DNA of 64,000 nt from Terriglobia bacterium (GTDB lineage: Bacteria; Acidobacteriota; Terriglobia; Acidiferrales; UBA7541), in contig JBGQGW010000001.1 of NCBI GenBank assembly GCA_041497605.1, positions 3,110 through 67,109 of the forward strand. Reading direction: 5' to 3'. The translations under genes were made by a program, and so were the position numbers. Below are positions 63,207-64,000 of this stretch, one piece after another; positions within the stretch are counted from its first letter, which is position 1, and every line of letters starts with the position of its first letter. Below the pieces are notes generated by a model, which had not been told where the DNA came from, searched no databases, and saw only the letters and a list, made by a program, of their open reading frames with translations.

Positions 63207-64000
63207 ATGAAATTAACACTTGGTAAGAAGATCGGATGCGGCTTTGCAATCGCTCTGGCGTTGATGGTCGTGAGCACACTGCTGGCTTATTTAAAGATGA
63301 CGGATGTCCATGTTCTTCAGGCACGGGTCAAGGACGTCCGGACTCCGTCAGCTTTGACTACTCTGCACTTGATCGGTCAGCTGAGTTCGACTGCGAACAA
63401 AGCGCGTGAGTACATCCTGATTAGCGAGAATCCTGTGCTCGCGGAGCGAGCGAAGAAAGATTGGGACAGCGCGTGGGAGAAGCTCAACACCGACTTGCAG
63501 AAACTGAATGAATTGAGCGCCCATTGGACTGTGGCGGCAAACAAAGAACGATTGGCGAGAGCAAGAGAGGCGCTTCTAAGGATCCGGGCGGAGCAAGAGC
63601 ACTGCATGAAGCTGGTGGACAGCAAAGCCAAAGACAGCATGAAGGTGGCTGGTATTTACGTGTCGGAGAAGGTGACGCCGCTAAACGACGCCGCGAAGGC
63701 AGAGTTGTCTGACATCGGCAAGAGCCAAGAGGAGTTAATTACTCAGGATAGCGAAGCTCTGTCCTCCGCGAGTCAATCAACCATTTACACGCTTTTCGGT
63801 TCGACCGTGGCCGCAATCCTCATTGGCAGTTTCTTGGCGATCTTTTTGAGCCGCAAGATCACGTCGGCGACGAGTCAGGTTCTCAACCGTGCGGAAGCGA
63901 TTGCCGAGGGCGACTTGACCGGGAAAGAGATCGTGGTGGAGAGCCAGGACGAAATGGGTGATCTGGCCAAGGCCATCAATAAAATGCAGGGAAGCCTGCG
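63207..64000 (+). CDS. methyl-accepting chemotaxis protein (N-terminal sensor + TM2 + HAMP); 3' end outside the window
   Basis: Absent from the ORF track because there is no stop codon. My translation is MKLTLGKKIGCGFAIALALMVVSTLLAYLKM... (4-helix-bundle-like periplasmic region)...IYTLFGSTVAAILIGSFLAIFLSRKIT.ATSQVLNRAEAIAEGDLTGKEIVVESQDEMGDLAKAINKMQGSL (HAMP). Confidence 0.85.
   Translation, partial: MKLTLGKKIGCGFAIALALMVVSTLLAYLKMTDVHVLQARVKDVRTPSALTTLHLIGQLSSTANKAREYILISENPVLAERAKKDWDSAWEKLNTDLQKLNELSAHWTVAANKERLARAREALLRIRAEQEHCMKLVDSKAKDSMKVAGIYVSEKVTPLNDAAKAELSDIGKSQEELITQDSEALSSASQSTIYTLFGSTVAAILIGSFLAIFLSRKITSATSQVLNRAEAIAEGDLTGKEIVVESQDEMGDLAKAINKMQGSL

Noticed and set aside
1-64000. 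CRISPR arrays, transposases or IS elements, prophage genes, toxin-antitoxin or restriction-type defence genes, and rRNA.
   Set aside because: No regularly spaced short repeats, terminal inverted repeats with a transposase ORF, or matching protein motifs were seen. The only notable DNA repeats are the intragenic ones in fliK and fliC.

Overview
The window is a moderately GC-rich chromosomal segment from a diderm bacterium. Both an L-ring gene (flgH) and a P-ring gene (flgI) are present. The gene content (many sigma-54 activators and PilZ proteins) would fit an Acidobacteriota-like organism, but I cannot confirm taxonomy from sequence alone.

Positions 1-17.3 kb are mostly minus-strand housekeeping genes:
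- a truncated ABC exporter with three translationally coupled unknown ORFs;
- recR-ybaB-dnaX, preceded by an unlisted SRP RNA;
- an M50 protease, a DUF4126 protein and tRNA-Gln(UUG);
- signalling genes scattered among them: three PilZ or PilZ-like proteins, an NtrC-type regulator, a stand-alone Clp-D2-type AAA+ ATPase and an 80-aa stand-alone histidine-kinase DHp domain.

Positions 17.8-62.6 kb form an almost complete flagellar and motility supercluster:
- an OmpR-type regulator;
- a FleQ-position sigma-54 activator that lacks a DNA-binding domain;
- a cytoplasmic PAS histidine kinase and a sigma-54 response regulator (FleS/FleR-like) whose stop codon overlaps flgB;
- flgBC-fliEFGHIJ, fliK-flgDE, fliL-fliN-fliOPQR-flhBA, then fliA-fliM-fliY;
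- an unusual tail on that last operon: a zinc-ribbon/MshEN-like protein, an HDOD protein, cheY and cheX;
- flgFGAHIJ and flgMN-flgKL;
- a convergent fliC-fliD-fliS-(fliT-like) unit on the minus strand;
- flbD-motAB plus a predicted outer-membrane beta-barrel;
- a truncated MCP at the right edge.

Four sigma-28-type promoters (TAAA/TCAA-N15-GCCGATxx) can be read directly in front of flgM, fliC, flbD and the MCP.

The observations most worth follow-up are:
- the MshEN-like candidate c-di-GMP receptor inside the switch operon;
- the sigma-54 activator without an HTH;
- a 240-bp tandem duplication inside the FliK ruler;
- an N-domain-only FlgD;
- a 653-aa flagellin with three repeated roughly 110-aa modules and an SD-sequestering leader hairpin;
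- a PilZ protein fused to about 650 aa of coiled coil.

I saw no CRISPR array, transposase, integrase or rRNA. The ORF track reports the longest ORFs and includes GTG/TTG starts, so several start coordinates below are my re-calls and remain uncertain by tens of bases.
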